Source of the DNA: a bacterium
Lineage (GTDB): Bacteria; SZUA-182; DTGQ01; JAFGSM01
Assembly (NCBI GenBank): GCA_049472335.1
Contig: JBLIRO010000071.1
Span: 1 to 25,645 of the forward strand
Direction of reading: 5' to 3'
Length of the DNA stretch: 25,645 bases
Shown: one piece after another, positions 9,338-18,633 of the stretch
Layout: the number at the start of each line of letters is the position of its first letter
Numbering within the stretch: position 1 is the first letter of the stretch
Position numbers and translations under genes: made by a program
The notes under the pieces: generated by a model
What the model was told of the DNA's origin: nothing
The model's database searches: none
Seen by the model: only the letters and a program-made list of their open reading frames with translations

Positions 9338-10090
9338 TTAATATAAGTCTTCCTTTTGAATAACATTACCTTTGGTATTAATAACTACCTTCTGTAAAGG
9401 AATATCCTTTCGCGCCAACTCCATTCCTTTTTTTATCAGAACAGGAAGGCCCTGACAGCATGGGACCTCCATCACAAGCGCTGTGACCCCCTTAATGGAA
9501 TTATTTTTAAAGATGTCCGCGAATTTAGTGATATAAGGCTCCGGGTCATCAAATTTCGGGCAGCCTATCATGACAACCTTTCCCGGCAAATATACATCAT
9601 GTAAATCGGGTAGTGCTACACAGGTACAATCCGCTGCGACTAAAAGTTGTGCATTCTTTAGAAAGGGGGCTGTAGGTGGAATCAGCCGGATCTGTATCGG
9701 CCAATGGAACAATGCAGAGGTTTTACTATGTTGATAAACGGGCTCGTTCGCCTTTTGGCATGGGGTTGCTGGTTTGAGCTCCTGGACATGGGAGGATGGG
9801 CACCCGCATTCCAGTGTTGCACCTTTAACCTTTTCCCCGGGTTCCCGGGCTTCAAGATATTCCTCTACCGCTTCCGCATCGAATTCCTCCGCTTCTCGTT
9901 CGATAATATTTATGGCTCCACTGGGACATTCCCCGATACATGCCCCAAGCCCGTCACAATATTTTTCCGCCACCAGTCTTGCTTTTCCGTCTATGATCTC
10001 TATGGCGCCTTCCGAGCAGGCCTTTACACAAATTCCGCAACCATTACATAAATCCTCGTTTATTTCCATGATCTTTCTTGTGATTTTCAT
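9338..10090 (-). CDS. 4Fe-4S ferredoxin-like protein (FrdX type, usually hcp-associated)
   Basis: CNGCGICxxxC and CDGLGACIGECP motifs; C-terminal WPIQI, ADC, GCPK and VPCC motifs. Confidence 0.88.
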   Translation of the reverse strand: MKITRKIMEINEDLCNGCGICVKACSEGAIEIIDGKARLVAEKYCDGLGACIGECPSGAINIIEREAEEFDAEAVEEYLEAREPGEKVKGATLECGCPSSHVQELKPATPCQKANEPVYQHSKTSALFHWPIQIRLIPPTAPFLKNAQLLVAADCTCVALPDLHDVYLPGKVVMIGCPKFDDPEPYITKFADIFKNNSIKGVTALVMEVPCCQGLPVLIKKGMELARKDIPLQKVVINTKGNVIQKEDLY

Positions 10091-10111
10091 TGTTAACTCC
10101 TTATTTATTAA

Positions 10112-10855
10112 TCAATTCGAATTTTTCCCTGATAATAGTATTTCGTCTGCCAGGACCTTACCTGCATCCGTTAAAAAGTTCTTTTCAATAAAGATTCTTA
10201 TTTTTTCTTTTTGCAGAGAAGATTTTTTATGGCCTTCCTCCATATTGACCAGAAGATCGGCATCATAGACGATTTTAAAATTGTCGGTTTCCCGGGGTCT
10301 GGGGTGATGGTGATGACCGATTATATCGCAAACCTCTTCAATCAGTTTCGGGTCGGCCCTGAGTTTTTCCAGGATTTCCCTGGCAACTGGAGGTCCCAGT
10401 TTCTCCTGATAAGAGGCATCATTGCTTTTATACCTCTGTTCCACTTCTTTAATCCCGATGTCGTGCAGATAGGCAGCGGTCAATACAACAGCCGGGTCCC
10501 CTTTTTCTTTTCGAAGGATCTGTTCAGCGTATCTAGCCACTTTCGCCGCGTGACCAATCCTTTTGAAATCTTTATTGAAATATCTTTTCATCTCGATGGC
10601 CACCCTGTTTTTAAACATCTCTTCCCTTTGTGCTAACAGTTCGGGAGGCAGATTTCCCAGGCATTGTTCGGCAAATTTACAATAGGTTGCGCACCCAAAG
10701 TCCATCTTCGGATTTAAGACCCTGTTCCCGCAGTTTTTACATCTGCGTGAGGGTTCATCCTTGAAGAATTCAACCTGATGTCCGCATTTGGGGCAAGTCA
10801 TCTCGAAGATGTCTTCAGGTTTCCAAAAGCGGGTATCCTGTCCCGGGCATCTCAT
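10112..10855 (-). CDS. HD-domain phosphohydrolase with N-terminal Cys-rich zinc-ribbon-like region
   Basis: H...LHD...HH...DAD motifs; CPKC, CKNC and CATYC; SD AAAGGAG. Confidence 0.88.
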   Translation of the reverse strand: MRCPGQDTRFWKPEDIFEMTCPKCGHQVEFFKDEPSRRCKNCGNRVLNPKMDFGCATYCKFAEQCLGNLPPELLAQREEMFKNRVAIEMKRYFNKDFKRIGHAAKVARYAEQILRKEKGDPAVVLTAAYLHDIGIKEVEQRYKSNDASYQEKLGPPVAREILEKLRADPKLIEEVCDIIGHHHHPRPRETDNFKIVYDADLLVNMEEGHKKSSLQKEKIRIFIEKNFLTDAGKVLADEILLSGKNSN

Positions 10856-10917
10856 GATTTTGTCTCCTTTTTGTATTTAATTGACACAATAATTTGCCGT
10901 TTAGTTACTTTAATATA

Positions 10918-10961
10918 ATTATAATAATTCCAAAACAGATTTACATTGACTTAAGTCAAAT
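10918..10961 (-). promoter_or_regulatory. Class II Crp/Fnr-family (HcpR-type) activated promoter
   Basis: Perfect TTGAC-TTAA-GTCAA at 10946-10959 and minus-strand TATAAT at 10918-10923, placing the site centre at about -41.5. Confidence 0.75.
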
Positions 10962-11115
10962 TTTTATAGATATTATATATGAAACAGTCATGAACCTTTG
11001 ATTCAAAAGGTAGGATGGAAATTATCAATAGGGATTCAAAAAGTAAAAATGATTACAGGGATATTTCATTTTTTCTAACCTTAAATAAATCTTCTGCATT
11101 CAATTTCATAAAATC

Positions 11116-11421
11116 TTAAGGATTCTCAGATGCGGGTTTTTCTTTATTATTCATTTTTTTCTGAACATCCATAAATTGGGTACGAATCCTCCCTCCTGAA
11201 ACGGCCATAACAATACCTTGAACTATTCCCAGTTCCTCATCACTAATGCCTTTTTCCCGGGCAACGCCAAGGAAATGTTCCAATCAGTGAGAACAGCCTA
11301 CAGCCATGGATGCGGCTATATATATCAGAAGGGTGGCCTTTGGATCTAATATATCATTTCCGCGAACAGATTTGGAAAAATCATCATATTTCTTTTCAAT
11401 TTCTTCTGGAAGCAAAATCAT
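11116..11421 (-). CDS. AhpD/carboxymuconolactone decarboxylase-family selenoprotein (CxxU)
   Basis: SD AAGGAG; MILLPEEIEKKYDDFSKSVRGNDILDPKATLLIYIAASMAVGCSH-UGA-LEHFLGVAREKGISDEELGIVQGIVMAVSGGRIR...; family similarity continues across the UGA at 11284-11286 (codon 46). Confidence 0.88.
11253..11275 (-). promoter_or_regulatory. Bacterial SECIS-like hairpin
   Basis: UUUCCUUGGC-GUU-GCCCGGGAAA starting 8 nt after the UGA; the apical loop begins with GU, 18 nt from the UGA. Confidence 0.7.
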
Positions 11422-11507
11422 ATCTCCTTATCTTATTGATTCGTTTATTAATTTTTTATGTAAATCCCCTGATTTTTATTTCCTCTGTTTGAAATTCGAG
11501 TAATCCA

Positions 11508-11660
11508 TTAAATCGAGCTATCTTTTTCATCTCTGGTATCACTTTTAAATTTCTTTCTATCATATTTTTTCTTTTCGTGAGGCCGGGATGGCGGAGGAAC
11601 GGGTTTTCTGATCTTTCTGAAGAGACTCAAATCCTTAGTTTTTTTCTCTGACTTTTTCAT
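11508..11660 (-). CDS. Small basic protein, 50 aa
   Basis: MKKSEKKTKDLSLFRKIRKPVPPPSRPHEKKKYDRKKFKSDTRDEKDSSI; protein-like but no clear SD. Confidence 0.5.
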   Translation of the reverse strand: MKKSEKKTKDLSLFRKIRKPVPPPSRPHEKKKYDRKKFKSDTRDEKDSSI

Positions 11661-11794
11661 TTAGCAAATTAAAAAATTATTCGTTATGTCTTCTCAATAC
11701 TTATCATACAAAAAAATGGTATAAATTGGAACAAGCTATTTTTATCAATAAATAACCATGAATGGAATTCCCTCTAATTCAAAAAATTATTGTC

Positions 11795-12106
11795 CTAGCT
11801 CCTGGATTTTCCATGCCTGAGGTCTTGCCCGCTCCCTATAATCCTCTGCCTGCGAGTAAAAAGGTCGTAGAGGATGGGGATCACTATGAGAGTGAGCACG
11901 CCGGATACCAGGATGCCCCCTGCGGATGCTATACCTGTGGCATTCCGCATCTCCGCGCCGATCCCCTGACCCATTGCCAGGGGAAGCATCCCCAGGACCG
12001 CGGCCAGGGTGATCATGAGGATGGGACGGAAACGCTCGCATGTGGCCGTAATCATTGCCCTGTGTCTGGGCACCCCTTCCCTGATGTGGATATTGAACTG
12101 GTCCAC
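11795..12106 (-). pseudogene. C-terminal fragment of an AcrB/CusA-type RND transporter (copy 1)
   Basis: RFRPILMITLAAVLGMLPLA...GGILVSGVLTLIVIPILY; GC-rich, abruptly cut at 12106. Confidence 0.85.
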
Positions 12107-12174
12107 ACTTCTTATATAAAGGCTAATATAAGATTAACTCAAGAAAATTAGAAACAATGATTTCGTATGAAAGG

Positions 12175-12573
12175 CTAAGGTTCTATAATGGTAATTCCCA
12201 ATTGTTTAAATCCTTGATCATAGGAAAACAACTCTTTTTCTCCGACAAATTCCATATTCGCAACAAGATAACAATCTATGATATCTCCAGAACGAAGTCC
12301 CCAAAGGTCCAAACATCTCTCAATGATCCGTTTATTTTTCATATGGAAGCCTTTTAGGGAAAAGATTTTTTTCATATTTTCAATAATCTCATCCTTCCTG
12401 ACTTTATAAAAGCTTTTCAAAACAAATATGACCTGAAAAAAAATGATATCCAGACATTCCACCTCTGTCTCTCCACTTTCCATTTTTATAAAAAAATCTC
12501 TCAAGCCATCTGATTGAGATCCCTTTCTTTCAATTAGATATTGTATGATTATATTTGTATCTATGTATTTCAC
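12175..12573 (-). CDS. vapC: PIN-domain toxin (VapC family)
   Basis: YIDTNIII...DIIDC...SYD; overlaps the antitoxin stop by 4 nt. Confidence 0.88.
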   Translation of the reverse strand: MKYIDTNIIIQYLIERKGSQSDGLRDFFIKMESGETEVECLDIIFFQVIFVLKSFYKVRKDEIIENMKKIFSLKGFHMKNKRIIERCLDLWGLRSGDIIDCYLVANMEFVGEKELFSYDQGFKQLGITIIEP

Positions 12574-12821
12574 TTATACCCTTCTGTGAAACCCTTTTCT
12601 GTAGATTTTTCTATATTCTTTTCCGTAAGAATCTTTTTCTTTTTATACTTATTGAAAATTCCTTGAATTTTTTCTATACCTGTATTCTCCTTAATGGGAA
12701 CAATTTTGATTCCATCTTTTTCTTCGATAACATTTACCTTTTCACCAATTCTAATTTTATATTTTTTCCTTAAACTTACAGGTATAACGACTTGCCCCTT
12801 ATTAAATACCTTTGCTTGCAT
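12570..12821 (-). CDS. AbrB/MazE/SpoVT-family antitoxin
   Basis: KGQVVIPVSLRKKYKIRIGEKV; SD AAAGGAG. Confidence 0.9.
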   Translation of the reverse strand: MQAKVFNKGQVVIPVSLRKKYKIRIGEKVNVIEEKDGIKIVPIKENTGIEKIQGIFNKYKKKKILTEKNIEKSTEKGFTEGYK

Positions 12822-12833
12822 CTATAAATCTCC

Positions 12834-12876
12834 TTTGTTATACCAATTAGTATAACAAAAATCCTAAACCTGTCAA
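12834..12876 (-). promoter_or_regulatory. TA promoter with overlapping operator palindrome
   Basis: TTGACA-16 nt-TATACT; TTTGTTATAC-6 nt-GTATAACAAA at 12834-12859 covers the -10. Confidence 0.7.
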
Positions 12877-12898
12877 GAACCATTTAAACCCAGATAAT

Positions 12899-12916
12899 GA
12901 TGGTCTCGTAAAAAGT
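12899..12916 (+). mobile_element. Possible solitary IS/MITE terminal repeat
   Basis: GATGGTCTCGTAAAAAGT resembles, from recall, element ends common in Desulfobacterota-like genomes; no partner end seen. Confidence 0.4.
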
Positions 12917-13156
12917 AATTTTGATGTCCGAAAAGCACCAATATATTGTTAAAATGTATAATAAATTTGTAATATAAAACCGATTTCTTGGTAGAAATTC
13001 GGTTTATAATGAGCTTCTAATATTTCATCCCAGATTTTTCTAATTTCTCTAAAGAATCTTTGTATTGATTTTTTATCTTTTGGAAATTTGCTGATAAACT
13101 CATATTCTAATTTATAAGTGTCTGTATACTATTCAATGAGGTCGTACCTCGATAAG

Positions 13157-16100
13157 TCATGGTTTAAAATTACTCTTCATCTGTTTCATATAAATAAAAT
13201 ATGCCTCGCCGGCCCTGATATCGAAGTCTGAACCTGCAGGCTGACCGTTTACATACATCGCTGTCTTAATCATTCCTGTTTGTGCGTCATAGTGAGAAAT
13301 GCTTGATACGTTTAATTCCTCAAGATAGGCCAAAAGGTCATATGCAGAATATCCGACTGGAGCGCAGGGAAACGCCGCTACATTCATCCCTGCGACTAAA
13401 TCGATGGCAGTACATTCCACAAAGGAGTCAAAAGGATGAATCGTTGAATTAAATGAGAGAGTCTTATCAACCTTTGAGTAGACCAGGGTCCCGTCCCCGA
13501 ATTCAAGTACAACGTTGTCACCAGCAGGAGATGTTACGTTATAGTATGTTTCTTTGTAGAGTCTTGCTGATTTGTCGTAAATGAGAATTCTTTCTATTTG
13601 ATCACTGGTGCCAAGTAATTCGAGTAACTCGTATGAGGTAAGACCTCCAGTCTTTGTGGCAGGGTAGCTGAACATGTTCAGGCCCTTTTTGATTTCTATG
13701 TCAACATTGACAGGCCGGGAATCGGGATCGCGAGGGGTACTGCCTGCTTTGAATTCCTCCATATTTGTAGCGTTGTCATTATCGGGATTACCATTCGGGC
13801 CATTGTCAGGATTAATCAACCCGTCGTCATTAGGATCAAGACCATGTGCTACTTCCCATGCCGTGGGAAGGCTGTCGTTATCAATATCATCATAGCAGGT
13901 GTCCCTCCAGCCATCACCATCGGTGTCAGTCATATCCTGACTGGTTGTATTGCAGGGCATCGCGAGCCCTGCTTTTACTACAGGGGTTGAATCTCCACTG
14001 ACTCCGATATACCATAGCTTTAATGATGAATTTTCATCGATTAAGGTACCGGGACATATAGCGCTGCTGTCCCACGTATTTTCTGTCCCTGTATCTAGTA
14101 TGGGATTGAGGTTATTGATCCAGTGTATTCCATCAATGGAAGTAGCAATGCCGATTCTTTCTCTTCCCCAAAAGTCAACAGCGCAGTAAGCCATGGTATA
14201 GACTGACTCATTTTTTATAACTTTGGGATTTCCAAGTCCTTCTCCGGTTTGCCACCAGAGATTGCGATCCGCGCTGACGACCGGGCTGTCTAATCTTTGC
14301 CAGTTGATGCCGTCGTTGGATGTAGCAAGACCTATGAAACCGTGTTCTTCGGGATAAGCAATTGCAGAATACCACATTTTATAGATCGAACCGTCCTTAA
14401 TGACCCATGGTTCCTTTACGCCATGATTGTCCCATGCACCGCTGCTTCCGGGGATAAATACAGGGTTCTGAGAGCAGGGTGCCCAGTTAATTCCGTCTGG
14501 AGATGTTGCATAACCGATTGTACTGACTGCTCCGCTGCTTTCACCTTCATACCACATTTTGTAGATAGAATCTTCCTTGATGACGGTGATGCTTTCAATT
14601 CCATTCGAATCCCATCCGCTCCCGTGTGACATAACAGGATTATTGGCATATTTGACCCATGTAATTCCATCCTGAGATGTTGCGTAACCTATACCCTTAC
14701 CTGCTCCGGCGGATGTTTCACCCCCTATGTACCACATCTTATATTTGTTAAAAGGTTCGTAATTGCCCTTCAATACTGAGATTCCCCTTATTGAGTCATC
14801 CCAGTTTCCGGCTGAGCCGGGAGAAAATAAAGAGTTGTTCAGGTTCTTCTCCCATAGAGAATCGGAGGGCATGAAAGGGGTATACCTGCCAAGTCTGTGA
14901 TGACTTCCAGGAATTAATTCGCCATTAAGTGCTTCAACATCCCATGTCTCTATCTTCCCGACTCCGGGGGCGTACCAGTCCAGTTCGGTAACTGCATAGC
15001 CGGCAAATGGTGGAAGGGATGCAAGGTTTGATTCAACGATAGTGTTTTGGATGTTAGATGGATAATTTCTGTCAGGATTAATGTCATACCACGCGACCAA
15101 AACAATTGTCTTGTATAACTCATTTATTCCGTAGACGCTTTTCTTGGTGGAATCAAGATTGTCCCATATCCTCAATAAAAATGCTGTTGTCGAATCTATA
15201 TAAAAGAAATCTCCATCCTTAAAATTACCGATAGTGACATCAGGAAAATCATAGGTGCCTCCGTCATCGCTTTCATAATGTTCCATCCAGGTAACAGTCG
15301 ATCCGTTATTGCTGCCCGTCATGTATATCGATTCTGTCCCTTTGTAGCAGGCAGGGCTTCCTGCAAGGCCGGGGCACGAAAAAACAGAATGTGTATATTG
15401 GTCAATAGGATTATCTGCATTCCGATAAGTCCATGAACTCCCCATATCCCAGAGGTCATAAGCTGCGAAATTGAGTTGATCACTGGTGGTGAAGGTAAAT
15501 CTCTGCTCGATATCAGTGTCGATTACATACTTTATACCATCAGTATTTGTCCCCCAGAATGCTCGATTAAAACTGATATTCAGGACATATCCTGCATTCT
15601 GACTTATTTGGACAAGTCCGTACTCTGTCCTCTCGGCAGGTGTACTTACAAAACCCGATATGTCAGAATCTGATGAGCCTTCCCACTCCAGTACTATGGA
15701 TGTCACATATGGATCTGTGACTGCCTGCCACCGGAATGTAACAGGCGTAGCGACATTAATAGATCCATTCAAAGGATTTACAAGTACCGGTGTCTGTGCG
15801 GGCTGTGGGATATTTGAGCCGTCAGGTTCTCCATAGAACACCGTTGTTGTAACAGAGGCACCCTCTTTGTAATTAATTGTAAATATATAATTCCCTTGCT
15901 GGAATGCTTCCATTTCTGTTGCGTCAGCAAAGAAGCGCTGACGGCTATACCATCCATCACCATCATATGCCAGGGTTCCTGTTTCCCCGTCAGGGTATTG
16001 AACGCTTATACTGTCAACAGTAGAATCACATTGGACATCAACGTCGATATTGTATTGTTTTGCAGGGACTTGGTAACGCTCTATGCTTTTTGAAATGGAG

Positions 16101-16195
16101 ATTTCGGAGACATGGTCATTGACAGCACCTTCCAATACGCCGGAAAATGATACAATTGCTAATATTGCAAAGATGGATACGGAAATTTTATTCAT
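13157..16195 (-). CDS. Large secreted multidomain protein: five-bladed beta-propeller glycosidase-like domain, Ca-binding Asp repeats, C-terminal tandem domain
   Basis: Signal peptide; repeated YKMWY...IGYATSxDGIxW...NPV blades (GH32/43/130-like clan); DTDGDG/DIDND motifs; SD GGAGG. Confidence 0.88.
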   Translation of the reverse strand: MNKISVSIFAILAIVSFSGVLEGAVNDHVSEISISKSIERYQVPAKQYNIDVDVQCDSTVDSISVQYPDGETGTLAYDGDGWYSRQRFFADATEMEAFQQGNYIFTINYKEGASVTTTVFYGEPDGSNIPQPAQTPVLVNPLNGSINVATPVTFRWQAVTDPYVTSIVLEWEGSSDSDISGFVSTPAERTEYGLVQISQNAGYVLNISFNRAFWGTNTDGIKYVIDTDIEQRFTFTTSDQLNFAAYDLWDMGSSWTYRNADNPIDQYTHSVFSCPGLAGSPACYKGTESIYMTGSNNGSTVTWMEHYESDDGGTYDFPDVTIGNFKDGDFFYIDSTTAFLLRIWDNLDSTKKSVYGINELYKTIVLVAWYDINPDRNYPSNIQNTIVESNLASLPPFAGYAVTELDWYAPGVGKIETWDVEALNGELIPGSHHRLGRYTPFMPSDSLWEKNLNNSLFSPGSAGNWDDSIRGISVLKGNYEPFNKYKMWYIGGETSAGAGKGIGYATSQDGITWVKYANNPVMSHGSGWDSNGIESITVIKEDSIYKMWYEGESSGAVSTIGYATSPDGINWAPCSQNPVFIPGSSGAWDNHGVKEPWVIKDGSIYKMWYSAIAYPEEHGFIGLATSNDGINWQRLDSPVVSADRNLWWQTGEGLGNPKVIKNESVYTMAYCAVDFWGRERIGIATSIDGIHWINNLNPILDTGTENTWDSSAICPGTLIDENSSLKLWYIGVSGDSTPVVKAGLAMPCNTTSQDMTDTDGDGWRDTCYDDIDNDSLPTAWEVAHGLDPNDDGLINPDNGPNGNPDNDNATNMEEFKAGSTPRDPDSRPVNVDIEIKKGLNMFSYPATKTGGLTSYELLELLGTSDQIERILIYDKSARLYKETYYNVTSPAGDNVVLEFGDGTLVYSKVDKTLSFNSTIHPFDSFVECTAIDLVAGMNVAAFPCAPVGYSAYDLLAYLEELNVSSISHYDAQTGMIKTAMYVNGQPAGSDFDIRAGEAYFIYMKQMKSNFKP

Positions 16196-16321
16196 TTCCT
16201 GATTCCTCCGGTATGCATTTCGAGATGATCTCTATCGAGGTTCACCCTTGATAGATTATGGTTTAAAACCACTTTTCTCCTGTTTGTATGATCGTGACAA
16301 GGAAATCGCTTTCTAAATAAA

Positions 16322-16351
16322 AGTATAAACAGTAGTTTCAATTTTTGTCAA
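16322..16351 (-). promoter_or_regulatory. Sigma70-type promoter for the 1012-aa gene
   Basis: TTGACA-18 nt-TATACT. Confidence 0.55.
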
Positions 16352-16395
16352 GACAAATATTCGATTATAATTTATCAGAAAGTGAAAAAAATTTG

Positions 16396-16986
16396 TCAAA
16401 GGAAGTCTTTTATCTGTTTCTTACCTTCCTCTTCCTCGAGCTTGACCACGATGTAATAGTTTCTGTCACCCCGCGTGAAGGTCCCCAGGGTCCCCTATCC
16501 GGTCGAGCCGTTTGACGATGGCCTCAAGGACCACAATGGAGTTGGTCACCAGGATGCCCACTGACATGCCTATGGACAGAAGGGTGGACATGTTCAGGGT
16601 AAAACCGAGGGCCTGCATGAAGAAGAGGCCGACCATGATGGTGAGCGGCATGCTGATGGCCACCACGATGGTGGAGCGGATGTTGTAGAGAAAGAGAAAG
16701 AGGATCATTGCGGTGAGCAGGATGCCCAGGAGGATATCTCTCCAGGCGCTTGTAACGGTGGCCTGTGTGAACACGCCGTCATCCGTAATCCAGACCAGTT
16801 CCATACCCCCGGAGAGTCTCTCCCTCAATCCGGTCATGGCTTCCTTTACCAGTTCCACCACCTTCACGGCATTGGCATCCGCCTTTTTGATTACCTTGCT
16901 GGCAATGCATGAGCAGCCGTCTATATCGGCCTTCTTCCTCAGCTCCTCAGTGGCCATTGTCACCAGGGCTATATCCCTGATATAGC
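16396..16986 (-). pseudogene. Internal RND transporter fragment fused out of frame to a more distal piece of the same gene type
   Basis: YIRDIALV...KKADANAV...LNMSTLLSIGMSVGILVTNSIVVLEAI, then from about 16488 another frame reads LGTFTRGDRNYYIVVKLEEEEGK. Confidence 0.8.
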
Positions 16987-16989
16987 TTC

Positions 16990-17255
16990 TGCTTAGAACT
17001 TGAAGAACAATTAAAAACAGAAGGAATACCTGTAAGAAGACTGTCTGAAGATGACATTAGAGCGGAAGCAGAGGCCGCAAAAAGATGGTAAATCCTGATA
17101 AGTGGCTTATTGATAATACTGTTCTTTCAAATTTTGCATTGATTGATCAATTACGGCATCTATCGGAATTTCTGAGAGATAAGCTATTAGTAACTCAGGA
17201 AGTAAAGAATGAATTCTTAAGAGGTTCTCTTTTCCTTTTTCATCATTGGCTTTGA
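16990..17255 (+). pseudogene. Junction fragment of a UPF0175-like antitoxin / DUF3368-like PIN toxin pair
   Basis: ...LELEEQLKTEGIPVRRLSEDDIRAEAEAAKRW* (stop 17091) overlaps MVNPDKWLIDNTVLSNFALIDQLRHL...VTQEVKNEF (ATG 17085); both are truncated. Confidence 0.7.
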
Positions 17256-17320
17256 TCTTCACTTCGTTATGGATGTTGAATCCCGAATTAACCCACCCGC
17301 ATATTCTCTCAGCAAGATTC
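17222..17320 (-). mobile_element. About 100-bp fragment of an IS91-family transposase
   Basis: NLAERICGWVNSGFNIHNEVKIKANDEKGKENL resembles the W-x-x-SGF-x-V-H-N-x-V-x-I-x-A-x-D-x-x-G-x-E-x-L block. Confidence 0.6.
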
Positions 17321-17346
17321 TAATTATTGTCCCGGCTGTTAGATTT

Positions 17347-17772
17347 TCAATGCCTTAGGCCTTCCCCGCTACCTATAATCCTCTGGCTGCGAGTAAAAAG
17401 GTCGTAGAGGATGGGGATCACGATGAGTGTAAGCACGCCGGATACCAGAATGCCGCCCGCGGATGGTATCCCTGTCGCATTTCTCATCTCCACGCCGATT
17501 CCCTGGCCCATTGCAAGGGGGAGCATCCCCAGGACCGCGGCCAGGGTGATCATCAGGATGGGACGGAAACGCTCGCATGTGGCCGTGATCATTGCCCTGT
17601 GCCTGGGCACCCCTTCCCTGATGTGGATATTGAACTGGTCCACGATCAGGATGGCATTGTTGACCACGATGCTGATCAGCATGACCCCGCTCATGAGCAC
17701 GAAGATCTCCAGGGTTTTTCCGGTGAGGTATAGTGCCCAGAGCATGCCGATTAAAGCAAGCGGAAGGGTCAC
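17347..17772 (-). pseudogene. C-terminal fragment of an RND transporter (copy 2)
   Basis: TLPLALIG...IVVNNAILIVD...RFRPILMITLAAVLGMLPLA; no N-terminus; stop is 4 codons earlier than in copy 1. Confidence 0.85.
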
Positions 17773-17974
17773 CCTCGTTATGGAAACCTTCTCCGGGGGA
17801 GATTGATTTTTCCTCTCTGTTGATTATTCGTATCTGTTTTGATGTTGCTTATGGACCATTATTGCTGATACCTCATATCACCATTTTTTATTAACTCTCT
17901 ATTAACTAGACATAAACAACAAAATAATTTTACAGTATTGACAACCATGTAATACTTATTAGGAGGAGAAGGTA

Positions 17975-18073
17975 TTGAGAACAATATCATTAAAATTAAA
18001 CGAAACGTTGGATGAGAAGCTTATTGAGATTGCACAAAAACAAGTAAGGTTTGTAAACAACGTCCCCTATTAA
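17975..18073 (+). pseudogene. Truncated ribbon-helix-helix (CopG-like) antitoxin
   Basis: SD AGGAGG, TTG start, MRTISLKLNETLDEKLIEIAQKQ, then unrelated sequence and a stop. Confidence 0.6.
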
Positions 18074-18312
18074 TTTCCCTGATATCAAATCATTTAACCA
18101 TCTACCTCCGAGCAAACAAGTCGTAGAGGATAGTGAGAAATATAAGCTTACTAAACATCAAAGGCATGGACAGAACTAATATACATATTGCATCCCTTAA
18201 AAGAAAATTGTTGCTTTACAAATAGTGTTTGGTATTATTTGCAATATTAAAACATCAAAGATATATTATATGCATTAAATGATAGCCAATTAATAGAGAA
18301 TGGAAATCTAAA

Positions 18313-18633
18313 ATGAAAATTAAAAAACTTACGGATAATGAGATAGTAAAGATCTTAAAGGAACATACTGATATCTTGAAAAATTATAAAGTTAAGCGGA
18401 TAGGATTATTTGGGTCTTTTACGAGAGGCGAACAAAGGGAAGATAGTGACATTGATTTTCTCGTTGAATTTGAAATGCCCAGTTTTGATAATTTTATGGA
18501 TCTGGTTTTTTATCTTGAAGATTTATTCGGCAGAAAAGTGGAACTAATAACAAGTGGTAGCTTAAGCCCCTATATTCAACCATATATAGAAAAGGAGGTT
18601 AAGTGGCTTGAAGCAGAACTTGCCATATCTTAA
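18313..18633 (+). CDS. Minimal nucleotidyltransferase (MNT/MntA-type antitoxin)
   Basis: GLFGSFTRGEQREDSDIDFLVEF. Confidence 0.9.
   Translation: MKIKKLTDNEIVKILKEHTDILKNYKVKRIGLFGSFTRGEQREDSDIDFLVEFEMPSFDNFMDLVFYLEDLFGRKVELITSGSLSPYIQPYIEKEVKWLEAELAIS

Larger units (their letters stand above)
11785..17643. repeat. 322-bp direct repeat pair, 11785-12106 and 17322-17643
   Basis: Gap-free hand alignment with about 30 mismatches (about 91% identity). Confidence 0.9.

Noticed and set aside
11306..11503. Two short plus-strand ORFs
   Set aside because: They lie opposite the selenoprotein gene and have no recognisable features.
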